Of a stretch of DNA of 64,000 bases, positions 38,181 through 48,381 are shown piece after piece. The stretch covers positions 320,001-384,000 of the forward strand of contig OZ220741.1 of assembly GCA_965116885.1 (NCBI GenBank), written 5' to 3'. The position numbers and the translations under genes were made by a program. The stretch comes from Candidatus Latescibacterota bacterium (GTDB taxonomy: Bacteria; Latescibacterota; UBA2968). Within the stretch, counting starts at the first letter, position 1. Each line of letters opens with the position of its first letter. The notes under the pieces were generated by a model. That model worked only from the letters and a program-made list of their open reading frames with translations. It made no database searches and was not told where the DNA came from.

Positions 38181-39302
38181 CTATGGATCCAGCTTTCGAT
38201 AGTACTTGAGTTGATGATTTGGCAACAAGTGGGGATATAAAATTTTAATAATATCAGCCAACACAACATCCGGCTCAATCAGCCCTGTCTCCCAATAATC
38301 ATTGCCCCCATGCGCATTCAGACGCGCATTGGCATTGAAAACATTCCCGTTCTCAAACGCCGTGAATCTTTTGTAACGCTCGTCCTCGGCAACAACATCA
38401 TCTCGTGAAAACCACCCATTTTTCATCGTGATCCAGCAATCCGCATCGTGCGCCTTTTCGTAAACCGTCTCAAAATCGAGTGCCAAACTCTGTTGTGACT
38501 CATCATCTGCCCACAGATAATTTGCACCCGCATCCCTGAGCAATTGCGCGGGATAGGTTTTACCTCCAGCCATAAACCAGGTCCCGCGCCAGAGAGACCC
38601 TCCAAAAACCGTAGGACGCTTATCCATTGGCAAATTCTGCGTCAGTGACCTAAACGCCTCATACCTCACAACAATGCTATCAAACTGGGCCGACGCCCGA
38701 TCTTCTTTATTAAAAAAAGCACCCACAAATTTGATCCACTCCACGCGCCCCAGCAAAGAAGATTCCCCATAAGCGGCGTTAACCACAACGGGCACACCAG
38801 CCTCTTGCAACACGACAAGCACATTCTCTTGCGTGTACGTATCTGCAATAACGAGATCGGGTTGAAGCACCAGAACTTTCTCCAAATCTATGGTCCTGTC
38901 CCGTCCAACTTCTGCCAACTTACCCTCTGCAAAGCGTTGATTGACAACCTCTGAATTGACATATTTGATATTATCAATCCCAACCAGACTATGCACCTCA
39001 CCGAGCTTTTCGAGATGCGGCAGATGCGTCGTAGATGTCGTAATCACAGTCCGCACGGGAATCTCTATTCTCGGCACCCCCTCATACCCATCGGGCGACT
39101 CATTCCCGCGCTGCACCAGGATATACTGAACCTCTTCCCGCGTTCCACTTCCGGGCGCAAACACCGTTACAACCCTGTACGAATCGAAATAATCAACGCT
39201 AAAACCCTGTGCGTATTGCAAAGATAATTGCGCCTGAACGGGTATGGCCCAAACCCCGATACAACATATCATCCATATTTTCAGATTCACACACACCTCC
39301 AT
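38181..39302 (-). CDS. btuF: Periplasmic cobalamin-binding protein
   Basis: YAQGF, PVRTVITTSTTH, LGRVEWIKF, GGNDYWETG..PDVVLAD. Exact start uncertain. Confidence 0.88.
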   Translation of the reverse strand: MEVCVNLKIWMICCIGVWAIPVQAQLSLQYAQGFSVDYFDSYRVVTVFAPGSGTREEVQYILVQRGNESPDGYEGVPRIEIPVRTVITTSTTHLPHLEKLGEVHSLVGIDNIKYVNSEVVNQRFAEGKLAEVGRDRTIDLEKVLVLQPDLVIADTYTQENVLVVLQEAGVPVVVNAAYGESSLLGRVEWIKFVGAFFNKEDRASAQFDSIVVRYEAFRSLTQNLPMDKRPTVFGGSLWRGTWFMAGGKTYPAQLLRDAGANYLWADDESQQSLALDFETVYEKAHDADCWITMKNGWFSRDDVVAEDERYKRFTAFENGNVFNANARLNAHGGNDYWETGLIEPDVVLADIIKILYPHLLPNHQLKYYRKLDP

Positions 39303-39306
39303 TCAC

Positions 39307-39342
39307 AAAAAAATCCCCGACTTCCTTGCGGAAATCAGGGAC
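39307..39342 (-). terminator. Riboswitch-associated intrinsic terminator
   Basis: GTCCCTGATTTCC-gcaa-GGAAGTCGGGGAT followed by a T run, just before btuF. Confidence 0.85.
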
Positions 39343-39426
39343 ATATCGATACGCGACAAAACCACATACAAAGCGCATGCGTTATCTCACCTTTTTCCCA
39401 ATCCACGAGGAAATCAATAAGGTCTT

Positions 39427-39577
39427 AGATTCAGGCAGGTCTTCTGGCTTCTGGGTCTCGTGCTTCTCGCGCCTTCCCGGTTTTTACCAGTGACATAATG
39501 CGAGAAACATCCCCAGTTACAGCGGCGGGACCGCAACGGATTCTCACCGTTTTCCCTATACTGCAACCCGAATCCGA
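39427..39577 (-). ncRNA. Cobalamin riboswitch
   Basis: AGGGAAAACGGTGAGAATCCGTTGCGGTCCCGCCGCTGTAA..CACTGG..CCGGGAAGG..AAGCCAGAAGACCTGCC (B12 box). P1 GGATTCGGGT/GCCTGAATCT. Confidence 0.96.
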
Positions 39578-39598
39578 GAGTACAAATTTAATTTTTTA

Positions 39599-39841
39599 CT
39601 ATAATGCAACTTCCTCCACTGAAAGACCGCGATCTTTGAGATACGGTAAAAGACCTTTTTTATTTACCGTTCGCAGTGCGCGGGCTGAGAGTTTGATACG
39701 CACAAAGCGACCCAGTTCGGGAACGTAAATACGCTTGCTCTTCAAATTGGGTTTCTGCACCCGCTTGACTCTTCGTTTGGAGTGGGACACGTGATGACCA
39801 CTCAGCGGTCCCCTACCCGTAATACTACAACGTCTGGCCAT
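39599..39841 (-). CDS. rpmB: 50S ribosomal protein L28 (single Cys)
   Basis: MARRCSITGR.P..GHHVSHS....KR...PNL. Confidence 0.95.
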   Translation of the reverse strand: MARRCSITGRGPLSGHHVSHSKRRVKRVQKPNLKSKRIYVPELGRFVRIKLSARALRTVNKKGLLPYLKDRGLSVEEVAL

Positions 39842-39865
39842 GGGAAAATCCTCTTATATTTATCG

Positions 39866-40030
39866 CTATCTATCTTCCCGATAAAGCACATGCTTCCGCA
39901 GTATGGGATCGAACTTCTTCAATTCCAGACGATCGGGATGATTCTGTCGATTTTTTTCTGTATGGTAATGGTGCGAACTCTCTGTACTTTTCATTTTAAT
40001 GAGAACGCGGCTGCCCTGTCGCTTAGCCAT
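39866..40030 (-). CDS. rpmG: 50S ribosomal protein L33, Cys-free form
   Basis: [30 protein letters not shown]....[18 protein letters not shown]. Confidence 0.95.
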   Translation of the reverse strand: MAKRQGSRVLIKMKSTESSHHYHTEKNRQNHPDRLELKKFDPILRKHVLYREDR

Positions 40031-40090
40031 AGCATACCTCCAGTATCTTTTGTTATTAGACCGCCAACACGCGGCGGGGCAAGAAGTTGA

Positions 40091-40119
40091 AATATACAGT
40101 GTTACCACTATAACATCAA
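40091..40119 (-). promoter_or_regulatory. rpmG-rpmB promoter with Zur-box-like palindrome in the spacer
   Basis: TTGATG (40119-40114), 17 bp, TATATT (40096-40091). TGTTATAGTGGTAACA at 40100-40115. Confidence 0.65.
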
Positions 40120-40225
40120 GAAATTTGTATTATTTTTAGTCACAGTCAAAATCCAGTTGGCAAAAACAGATCCTATTCGCTATCATACAGTTTGCGTTCG
40201 CAAACATCCAACCGAGGAGAGAACC

Positions 40226-40576
40226 ATGGCCAAAGAAACGATCTTTAGCAAAATTATTCGACGCGAAATCAACGCAGACATCGTCTATCAAGACGACCTG
40301 GTAACCGCTTTTAGAGACATCAATCCCCAGGCACCCACCCACGTATTGATCGTCCCTAACAAATTGATCCCAACGGTCAACGATGTCGCAAAAGAAGACG
40401 AACCCGCTCTCGGGCGCATGATAACCGTAGCGGCAAAAATCGCAGAAGAAGAGGGCATTTCAGAAAACGGGTATCGCCTCATCATCAACTGCAATCGCGA
40501 CGGAGGCCAGGAAGTATATCACATCCACATGCATCTGATCGGCGGACGACCTCTGGGCAGGATGTTGGCGAGATAG
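40226..40576 (+). CDS. hinT: HIT-family purine nucleoside phosphoramidase
   Basis: [39 protein letters not shown]. Confidence 0.93.
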   Translation: MAKETIFSKIIRREINADIVYQDDLVTAFRDINPQAPTHVLIVPNKLIPTVNDVAKEDEPALGRMITVAAKIAEEEGISENGYRLIINCNRDGGQEVYHIHMHLIGGRPLGRMLAR

Positions 40577-40580
40577 AAGG

Positions 40581-40856
40581 TCATTGATCGGAAGGCGGAG
40601 GAACCGGATCGTACCCACCTTTGGCAAACGGACGACAGCGCAAAATACGTCGTATCACAAGAGAAAGAGCATACGCGAAGGAATGCTGGCGAAAAGCTTC
40701 AAGCGCGTAGTGCGAACACGTGGGATGATAGCGGCATGGACTGGGCGCAATGGCAAAAAAGCGCATCAGGGGCGACAGCACATATTGATAGCCCTTGATA
40801 AGCACACGCGCTATCGTTGCCAACATCCTATCAACCATTTTTATAGGATTGACCAT
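40581..40856 (-). CDS. yidD: Membrane protein insertion efficiency factor
   Basis: [34 protein letters not shown]. Confidence 0.93.
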   Translation of the reverse strand: MVNPIKMVDRMLATIARVLIKGYQYVLSPLMRFFAIAPSPCRYHPTCSHYALEAFRQHSFAYALSLVIRRILRCRPFAKGGYDPVPPPSDQ

Positions 40857-40915
40857 TTTACATTTTGAGGTATATTAGGCGGAACTTTTTTGCAATTTCC
40901 GCCACGGAGAACAGA

Positions 40916-41761
40916 ATGACCCTACCAGACATACAAAACTCACACGACAAACGCGGCATTGAAATCGACCAGGTTGGTGTATCCAATGTGCGCTATCCCT
41001 TGACCTTGCCCCTACGCGATAATGGCGAATTTCACACAGTGGCCAATCTATCCATGACCGTGAGCTTACCCCACCATCAAAAGGGAACCCACATGTCGCG
41101 GTTTATGATTGCACTGAATGAACAACACAAACACTTTACACCTGATAGCGTACACATCGTACTCGAAGAAATGCTCGAATTATTGGAAGCCGAAGAAGCG
41201 TTTCTCAGTATGGCATTTCCCATTTTTTTAACCCGCAAAGCGCCTATCACAGGCATTGAAGGCATGCTGGACTACAACTGTGAATTTAAGGCAATGTTGA
41301 CAAATGAAGGCCTGCAAGACAAGCTAATCGGCGTGCGTGCCAACGTGGCAAGCCTCTGCCCCTGCAGCAAAGAAATCAGCGACTACGGCGCGCACAATCA
41401 ACGTTCCGAAATCACAATGGACGTGCGGCCTTATGAGGATGAATTTATCTGGTTTGAAGATTTGATCGACATCGGTGAATACCATGCCTCGTGTCAACTC
41501 TATCCCATTCTAAAACGAACAGATGAAAAATACGTAACCGAGCGCGCATATAACAACCCCAAATTTGTCGAAGACATCGTGCGGGATGTGGCGACAGACT
41601 TGCTGGCAATGATGGACGAAGAGCGCATCGCGTGGTTTTACGTATCGAGCAACAATTACGAAAGCATCCACAACCACGATGCTTATGCCAAAATTGAGCG
41701 CGGTGTACGCGGACCGCTATTGACACACCGCAAAGAAGCGGAAAACGCGCTGATGGTCTAA
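40916..41761 (+). CDS. folE2: GTP cyclohydrolase IB
   Basis: LPDIQ, KGTHMSRF, SLCPCSKEISDYGAHNQRS, LKR.DEK.VTE.AY.NPKFVED, ESIHNHDAYA. Confidence 0.95.
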   Translation: MTLPDIQNSHDKRGIEIDQVGVSNVRYPLTLPLRDNGEFHTVANLSMTVSLPHHQKGTHMSRFMIALNEQHKHFTPDSVHIVLEEMLELLEAEEAFLSMAFPIFLTRKAPITGIEGMLDYNCEFKAMLTNEGLQDKLIGVRANVASLCPCSKEISDYGAHNQRSEITMDVRPYEDEFIWFEDLIDIGEYHASCQLYPILKRTDEKYVTERAYNNPKFVEDIVRDVATDLLAMMDEERIAWFYVSSNNYESIHNHDAYAKIERGVRGPLLTHRKEAENALMV

Positions 41762-41776
41762 AAAAAATTTTCAAGA

Positions 41777-41815
41777 AAAAAAGGGCCTGTGAGTCTTCCT
41801 CATAGGCCCTTTTTA
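41777..41815. terminator. Bidirectional terminator between folE2 and sufE
   Basis: AAAAAAGGGCCTGTGAG..CTCATAGGCCCTTTTT. Confidence 0.85.
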
Positions 41816-41827
41816 TTATTCATCACC

Positions 41828-42259
41828 CTATGCCGCTGTGGCAAGCGCGAGTTCGTGAATGCGCTTGACCATAGAAGCAAAGCCATTGGCGCGGTTGATA
41901 CTGAGGTGTTTGGCGAGATCGAGCTTTTGAAAAATACTGCGAATATCAGCCGTGAGAATTTCCCGAGCGGTCTTGCCCGAATACAGCGACAACAAAATAG
42001 CGACCAGACCCTTGACAATCTGAGCATCGCTATCTGCGCGAAATTCGATCACAGGGGGATCGCCATCTCGAACATCGGTCACGAGCCAAACCTGGCTCAC
42101 ACATCCCTGCACCAGATTATCATCAACTTTGTATTCCTCATCAAAAGGCGGCAACTTGCGACCGAGTTCAATAATATACCGGTAGCGATCTTCCCAATCC
42201 GTGAGAACATCAAAATTTTGCATAATGCGATCAATCGTAATATCCATAAAAACTCTCAC
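41828..42259 (-). CDS. sufE: SufE family sulfur acceptor
   Basis: [40 protein letters not shown]. Confidence 0.93.
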   Translation of the reverse strand: MRVFMDITIDRIMQNFDVLTDWEDRYRYIIELGRKLPPFDEEYKVDDNLVQGCVSQVWLVTDVRDGDPPVIEFRADSDAQIVKGLVAILLSLYSGKTAREILTADIRSIFQKLDLAKHLSINRANGFASMVKRIHELALATAA

Positions 42260-43227
42260 CTCACCACCCGCGCAATATCGCGCGCAAAATAGGTCAGAAT
42301 AAGATCTGCGCCCGCGCGTTTAATACTCACCAGAACCTCGTCTCGCACCCGGTCTTCATCCAACCAGCCATTTGCGAAAGCAGCTTTGAGCATCGCAAAC
42401 TCGCCGCTGACATTGTACGCGGCAACCGGCACGCCAAACTCTGTTTTCACCCGGTAAATAATATCCAGATAGGGCAATGCGGGCTTGATCATAACGATAT
42501 CCGCGCCCTCCTCAATATCCAGAGCCACCTCGCGCATGGCCTCGTCGCCATTTGCCGGATCCATCTGATAGGATCGGCGATCGCCAAATTGCGGCGCGGA
42601 CTCTGCCGCTTCGCGGAATGGACCGTAAAAACCCGAGCAGTATTTAGCCGAATATGCCATAATCGGTATATGGTCAAACCCCTGGACATCCAGAGCAGAG
42701 CGAATAGCCCCAACCCGGCCATCCATCATATCCGAAGGCGCGACCATATCTGCGCCCGCGCGAACATGGGAAAGGGATTCCTCGACAAGGAGATCAACAG
42801 TTTCATCATTATCCACATCGTTATCCACAATCACACCGCAATGCCCGTGGTCCGTATATTCGCACAAACACACATCCGTAATCACATAGAGATCAGGCGT
42901 ATGTTCTTTAATAGCAGATATCGCACGCTGAATAATACCACCATCGCAATAAGCCCCACTGCCCCGCGCATCTTTGTGATCGGGAATCCCAAAAAGAATC
43001 ACCGCTGGAATACCCAGATCGGCAATTTCTCTACACGCCTCAACCGCGACATCTATCGACATCTGATGGTTGCCCGGCATAGACCCGATTTCTTTCTTCA
43101 CACCTCTACCTGGACACACAAACAAAGGCATAATCAAATCGTCAACACGCACATGATTTTCGCGCACCATTCGGCGCGTCGTCTCACTCTGGCGCAAACG
43201 GCGCATACGGGTAATCGGAAAAGTCAT
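42256..43227 (-). CDS. hemB: Porphobilinogen synthase (Zn-binding type)
   Basis: [37 protein letters not shown]. Confidence 0.97.
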   Translation of the reverse strand: MTFPITRMRRLRQSETTRRMVRENHVRVDDLIMPLFVCPGRGVKKEIGSMPGNHQMSIDVAVEACREIADLGIPAVILFGIPDHKDARGSGAYCDGGIIQRAISAIKEHTPDLYVITDVCLCEYTDHGHCGVIVDNDVDNDETVDLLVEESLSHVRAGADMVAPSDMMDGRVGAIRSALDVQGFDHIPIMAYSAKYCSGFYGPFREAAESAPQFGDRRSYQMDPANGDEAMREVALDIEEGADIVMIKPALPYLDIIYRVKTEFGVPVAAYNVSGEFAMLKAAFANGWLDEDRVRDEVLVSIKRAGADLILTYFARDIARVVR

Positions 43228-43240
43228 AAAAGCCTTTCTC

Positions 43241-44737
43241 TTATGCCAACTGCTTTATAGCAACCGTACCTTCCGGCGCAGTGCGAACCTCATAGCCCGC
43301 GTCAATGAGTTCCTGCCGCAGGCGATCGGCAGTATCGTAATCTCTGGATGCACGGGCCTCATCAATCTGTTTGCAAATCGCCTCGCTGGTACCTGCCTCA
43401 TCCGATGATTTAACCTTGACATCGGCAATCCCCAGCACACTATTGATCTTGTCAAACACATCCAGCGCCTCGGACGGGTCATCTACCTCTCGCCCCATCC
43501 AGTTATGCACCACAGCAAGTGCTGCACTGATATTGAGATCGCTGGCCAAAGCACTGAGAAAATCGGCAACAACGGGATGATCGTTGCCGACCTCCGTCGC
43601 ACTCCCGTTCGCAGCCTGAGCAAGCCCCTGCCCAAACTCCTGAAATCTTCGCACGGCATTGGCCGAATCACGAACACCCTTTTGCGTAAAATTGGTCTGC
43701 GTGCGATAATGCGTCTTAATGAGTTCGTAACGCAAAACCGAAGGATGAACGGGACGCCCCGTTACTTTGCCCTCGAGCACATCGCGCACCGTAAAAAAAT
43801 TGCCCTTACTCTTGGACATCTTCTCGCCTTCAACCATTAAATAGCGCGGGTGAATCCAGTACCTGGCAAAATGCGAATGCCCCGTCGCACAACACGACTG
43901 GGCAATCTCGCATTCGTGGTGCGGAAAAATATTATCCTCGCCCCCCGTGTGAATATCGATAACCTCGCGCCGCAGCATCTTCATCGCCATAGCCGAACAC
44001 TCGATATGCCAGCCCGGATATCCCTCACCCCAGGGAGAGGGCCATTTCATAATATGAGACGGATCGGGTTTCCACAAAAAGAAATCAGCCGGATTGCGCT
44101 TAATCGCCTGGTGTTCCTCAAGCACGCGCCCACCAGAACCCGCGACAAGTTGATCGAGATCATTGCCCGACAAACGGCCGTATTCGGGAAAAGACTCAAC
44201 ACTAAAATAAACCACACCATCATCGGCAATATAGGCGTGGCCTTTGTCCAAAAGCTTCTGGATCATCACCTGTATGGCATCGATATGTTCCGTGGGACGC
44301 GGCATATTGCGCGGATAGTCATGCGCCACTTTAATATCCAGCAAACGCGCATCTTCGACAAATGCATCCGTAAAATACTGCGCCACCTCAAACGGATCAT
44401 CGGGATTGGAAACCGCATCATCGGGCAACTTACCCGATTTCTTTTCCTCCTTGAGCTTGCGCGCAGCCACCGCGATCTTGTCCTCGCCGGTCGCATCGGC
44501 CACATCGTCGTCCGTCATATGCCCCACATCGGTAATATTCATCACATGGGTAACGTGATAACCGGCCAAATCGAGAAAACGTCGGAGTACATCGGAAAAC
44601 AAAAAAGACTTAAAATTGCCGATATGGGCAAAATCGTACACCGTTGGACCACATGAATACATAGTCACATTCGGAGGATCGAGCGGCTCAAAAATTTCTT
44701 CGCGATTTGTCAGCGTATTGTAGAATCGAATATCCAT
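43241..44737 (-). CDS. cysS: Cysteinyl-tRNA synthetase
   Basis: [32 protein letters not shown]. Confidence 0.96.
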   Translation of the reverse strand: MDIRFYNTLTNREEIFEPLDPPNVTMYSCGPTVYDFAHIGNFKSFLFSDVLRRFLDLAGYHVTHVMNITDVGHMTDDDVADATGEDKIAVAARKLKEEKKSGKLPDDAVSNPDDPFEVAQYFTDAFVEDARLLDIKVAHDYPRNMPRPTEHIDAIQVMIQKLLDKGHAYIADDGVVYFSVESFPEYGRLSGNDLDQLVAGSGGRVLEEHQAIKRNPADFFLWKPDPSHIMKWPSPWGEGYPGWHIECSAMAMKMLRREVIDIHTGGEDNIFPHHECEIAQSCCATGHSHFARYWIHPRYLMVEGEKMSKSKGNFFTVRDVLEGKVTGRPVHPSVLRYELIKTHYRTQTNFTQKGVRDSANAVRRFQEFGQGLAQAANGSATEVGNDHPVVADFLSALASDLNISAALAVVHNWMGREVDDPSEALDVFDKINSVLGIADVKVKSSDEAGTSEAICKQIDEARASRDYDTADRLRQELIDAGYEVRTAPEGTVAIKQLA

Positions 44738-44773
44738 AATCGAGTTTAAAAATAAACCGAGGTCATAATTTTG

Positions 44774-45520
44774 TCAATTCTGAGGCCTTTTTCGGCGCAG
44801 ATGGATGAGATAAATCCCCGTAACCACGAGACCAATACTGACCCACTGATGCACCGTGAGACCCATAAAAACCTCGGGCGTAAGACGCACAAACTCGACA
44901 AAAAAGCGGGCAACAGCCATCAAAACGAGATAAAGACCAAAAACCCTACCGGGTCTGAGACGATCGCGCAGAGCCAACAAAATCCCGAAAATACAAACCA
45001 TCTGAATCATCTCGTAAATCGGCGTCGGATGCACAAAATCAAGCGTGGGCACAAGACCGTTGGGATAAGCCATGCCCCAGGGCAAATCCGTGGGAATCCC
45101 ATAGCATCCATCGCCCGAAAGCTCACATCCCCCCCGCCCAAAAAAGTACCCTACCACAAGAGCCGGTGCAATCGCATCCACAGCGGGCCAATCGAGCGCA
45201 TTATACCGGCGAAGCCAAAGGAGCACAGTCGCAGCCCCACCCAAAAGCCCGCCGTACCAGGCCCAACCCACCGAGGAAAAAATCGTGCCAAAAGGATCGG
45301 CCACAAAAGCGTGGGGATACTCGAAAACATGAAAAATTTTACTCCCCACAATACCGCCGATCACAGCGGCAAACGCAATGCGGTCTGACAGCGTGGGATC
45401 AAGACCGCGACGCCGAAACTCGCGTTTGAGCACCCACGACGCACAAAGCAAACCAACCGCGAGCATCACGCCATAAACGCCAATGCGAAACGGACCGTAT
45501 TCAAAGAGAATTGGAGACAT
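44774..45520 (-). CDS. lgt: Prolipoprotein diacylglyceryl transferase
   Basis: WYGGLLGG, GR.GC...GD.CYG.PT.LPWG, HPT.IYE, RFFVEFVR. Confidence 0.92.
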   Translation of the reverse strand: MSPILFEYGPFRIGVYGVMLAVGLLCASWVLKREFRRRGLDPTLSDRIAFAAVIGGIVGSKIFHVFEYPHAFVADPFGTIFSSVGWAWYGGLLGGAATVLLWLRRYNALDWPAVDAIAPALVVGYFFGRGGCELSGDGCYGIPTDLPWGMAYPNGLVPTLDFVHPTPIYEMIQMVCIFGILLALRDRLRPGRVFGLYLVLMAVARFFVEFVRLTPEVFMGLTVHQWVSIGLVVTGIYLIHLRRKRPQN

Positions 45521-45528
45521 AGTATGTG

Positions 45529-46650
45529 TCAGACCGCCTTCTTATCGAGCAAAAACAAAAACTCCCGGTTTGGTTCCTCTGCATCCCTCAACCATTCATT
45601 CGTCCACTTCATCCCCGCCATCACATTCCTCTTATAATTGAGCGCAACCACATCCACTATCTCGCCATTGCGCCGCATCACATCGTTCAACGCTCTCGCA
45701 GTCGCCCGCCCGCCAGAACTGTACGACAGAATAATCCACCGCGCGCGCGTCGCCGCAATCAAATTCTCAATCGCCTCAACCGCGATAAAGCGCCCCTCAT
45801 CACTACGCCGAAACGCCTCAAAAACAGACGCCGCCACAGTATCCGATGTATCCCTGCGGCGATTGGCCTTCCCGAAAAGAGCCGGTTTATCGGCACAAAT
45901 CACACTCGTCCACACATGGTAATAAGAAGCGTACCGCACCCGCGATGGCGGCATCTTCTCGTTATTCGATCCATAAGGCGGATCGAAATACGCCAGATCA
46001 ACGGATATGCGGGGAACGAGATCAAAAATATCCCTCTGAAATACCCGATGTTCCCCCGATGAACGAAAAATACTCGGCACCTCGAGCACAAGCTTCTTAT
46101 AAGATCGAGGCGACCAGTCCTTCAGATAAGAAACAAAATGCCCCAAACTGCTATCCACGCGATCCAGCGCCAAAATCAGACTCGTAAGCGCCACAGCCTC
46201 ATCAACCGGATCCAGCTTCAGCGCGTCAATCTCTTCTCGAATCGCGTCTAATTTGCGAGTATTGTGTACTTGCCACGGCCTCTTGCGCCCATCGCTCTGT
46301 ATCGCACATCCGTCGTTGGGTTGACCCCCATAGTGCTCCGTGAACCACCCATCCACAGGCGAAAGCGCATTGAGATGATCGATAAGCGGTTGATAATCCT
46401 CCCGCTTCTTCTTATTCAGCAAATAGCACGTCCCAAAAACCTTCGACCACACCGCAACATCATTGCAAACAACCGTATAATCCAGCCTCGCAAGCGCCTG
46501 CGACACCCTCGTCGTCCCCGAAAACCCATCCAGAACCGTCTTCGCATCAACCTTCTCAACCAATTGCAAAATATGCGGAAGAAGTTTCAACTTAGACCCC
46601 GCATATTTGATCCCCTCTGTAGGAGGCGCATCAAGAACATCTCGCGTCAT
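45529..46650 (-). CDS. DNA adenine methyltransferase (D12/FokI-like), no cognate nuclease seen
   Basis: IKYAGSK.KL, VLDGFSGT, AYFDPPY, Y.SYYH. Confidence 0.9.
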   Translation of the reverse strand: MTRDVLDAPPTEGIKYAGSKLKLLPHILQLVEKVDAKTVLDGFSGTTRVSQALARLDYTVVCNDVAVWSKVFGTCYLLNKKKREDYQPLIDHLNALSPVDGWFTEHYGGQPNDGCAIQSDGRKRPWQVHNTRKLDAIREEIDALKLDPVDEAVALTSLILALDRVDSSLGHFVSYLKDWSPRSYKKLVLEVPSIFRSSGEHRVFQRDIFDLVPRISVDLAYFDPPYGSNNEKMPPSRVRYASYYHVWTSVICADKPALFGKANRRRDTSDTVAASVFEAFRRSDEGRFIAVEAIENLIAATRARWIILSYSSGGRATARALNDVMRRNGEIVDVVALNYKRNVMAGMKWTNEWLRDAEEPNREFLFLLDKKAV

Positions 46651-46794
46651 GCTTTATCCCAACCTTGCTCAATATGGCAACAGGCTGTTGCCATATTGGA
46701 TTGTGTTCTAATTCTCTCACAGGTTGTGAGAGAATTTCCCCTCAAGCAGTTTCCGATTTCCTTATTCCAGATGCTTCGCAATCTCGTCGCGAAT

Positions 46795-47376
46795 CTACCT
46801 GGACAATTGACGAACCACAGCCGCAATTTCTTCGGCGGTATGAGACGGACGAAAAAAGAAGCGCAAATCGCCGTTCTGGTCAATGAGATAGGTATAAAGG
46901 GAATGGTCAATGAGATACCCCGCCGCAGAACCCTGCTCGCCGATCTCATAGTGAGCCGCATAGCGTTTAACCACCGCATCAATACTATCCTGCACCCCTG
47001 TAAGACCAATGGCTGGCACGTCAAAATGCGACAAATAAGACTTGAGCATCTCGGGCGAATCGCGCCCGGGATCAACACTCACAAAAAGCGTCCTGAGATC
47101 GCGTGCATCCTCGCCTAAAATCGTATAGGCACTCGCAAGCCGCGCCATCGTTTGGGGACATGCATCGGGACAACTCGCATAGCCAAAAAAGAGAAGAAAC
47201 GGACGCTGTTGATCCGCCAAATGAAAAGAATTGCCATCGTGGTCAACAAGCGTCAAATCGCCGCCAAAAGGATAGGGATCGGCAGAAAGGGTGAGATCGG
47301 GATCGGACTGCGGCGCGCGCTCAAGCGGTTTACAGGCCATAAATAGCAACAGCAAAGTGCAAAGTACAAAGTGCAA
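46795..47376 (-). CDS. SCO1/SenC family lipoprotein
   Basis: FFGYASCPDACP, VSVDP.RD, IDHS..YLID. TTG start after GGAGAGG gives lipobox FMAC. Confidence 0.92.
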   Translation of the reverse strand: MHFVLCTLLLLFMACKPLERAPQSDPDLTLSADPYPFGGDLTLVDHDGNSFHLADQQRPFLLFFGYASCPDACPQTMARLASAYTILGEDARDLRTLFVSVDPGRDSPEMLKSYLSHFDVPAIGLTGVQDSIDAVVKRYAAHYEIGEQGSAAGYLIDHSLYTYLIDQNGDLRFFFRPSHTAEEIAAVVRQLSR

Positions 47377-47444
47377 GCCTCTCCAGCTCCCCCTTATCCC
47401 TCGCCATTTATCTGCGCCCATCTGCGCCCATCTGCGGATCGTAT

Positions 47445-47900
47445 TCATCTGCGCCCTTCACTTCGAAAAGAAACAACAGGTGCCCGAAGCGTCTCCACCT
47501 GACCATTTGCAAAAGTAAGCGTAAGCGCGAGCGAATCGCCCGGAGCCAAATCGCGTCTGAGACCAATGAGCATAAGATGGTTGCCACCGGGTTGCAAAGT
47601 CGCTGAACCATCTTCTGGAATCGGCAAACGGTCAATTTTTTTCATCCGCATAATATTGCCATCCGTCGTCATAACGTGGATCTCGGCAACCTCAGCCGCA
47701 GGCGTAGAAGCAGAAACGAGTGCAGTCGCCATTCCCTCATTGTGAATAGCCAGATAAGCCGCAGTCATCGTCTGTGGTGGAATATTCTGCCGCACCCATG
47801 CGTTTTTAATGGACACAGAAGAAATATCTCGATCACTGCATCCCATCCCCAGCAGAACGAGGGTCAGAAAAAATATCCCACTTTTTATACACACTCTCAT
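47445..47900 (-). CDS. Copper chaperone PCu(A)C
   Basis: AWVR...TAAY, EIH......M.M, LQPGGNHLML.GL. Confidence 0.93.
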   Translation of the reverse strand: MRVCIKSGIFFLTLVLLGMGCSDRDISSVSIKNAWVRQNIPPQTMTAAYLAIHNEGMATALVSASTPAAEVAEIHVMTTDGNIMRMKKIDRLPIPEDGSATLQPGGNHLMLIGLRRDLAPGDSLALTLTFANGQVETLRAPVVSFRSEGRR

Positions 47901-48286
47901 TTCTGCAACGAAACAATATAAATGGAAATAATCCTGCGCTCTTCTTCCGGGATTTGGGGATAGCCGGGCATACCCATACCCCGTTCATTGAGCGCGCCTT
48001 TGAGTATCGTACGCGAAACAGCCTCAATCGAACGCCCGTATTTATAAACCTTGGGATCGTGAAAATCGCGGGGCCTTGGATTCAGAGTACGCGCGATCTG
48101 ACCATTGCCATGACCGTTGCGACCATGGCAAACCGCGCACCCGTATTTTGTGTAAAGAGCCTTACCTCTTTCAATATCTGCCGCGGCAAACTGCGGGCGC
48201 TGAGGGGGTGGTTCGGCTTTCTGTTCTGGTGGATTCTGGCAAGCCATCAAAATACCGCAGAAAGTTGTGAGAAAGAGGCGAAACAT
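47897..48286 (-). CDS. Monoheme cytochrome c lipoprotein
   Basis: Lipobox LMAC, CAVCHG..G.GNG, PRPRDF, MPGY. Confidence 0.9.
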   Translation of the reverse strand: MFRLFLTTFCGILMACQNPPEQKAEPPPQRPQFAAADIERGKALYTKYGCAVCHGRNGHGNGQIARTLNPRPRDFHDPKVYKYGRSIEAVSRTILKGALNERGMGMPGYPQIPEEERRIISIYIVSLQK

Positions 48287-48381
48287 AATATCTCCCGATA
48301 TAGTTAAACGACTGATGTACGTCAGGCCGGGCCGAGAAGTCATACCACATCCAAAAGCCCCCGCAAGAGAGACGGACTCTT

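Noticed and set aside
40878..40903. Hairpin in the folE2 5' UTR as a riboswitch
   Set aside because: Single 7-bp stem (GGCGGAA/TTCCGCC) in a ~35-nt leader with no match to an aptamer I recognise.
42256..43227. hemB as a zinc-independent paralogue
   Set aside because: It retains the three Zn-binding Cys ([11 protein letters not shown]).
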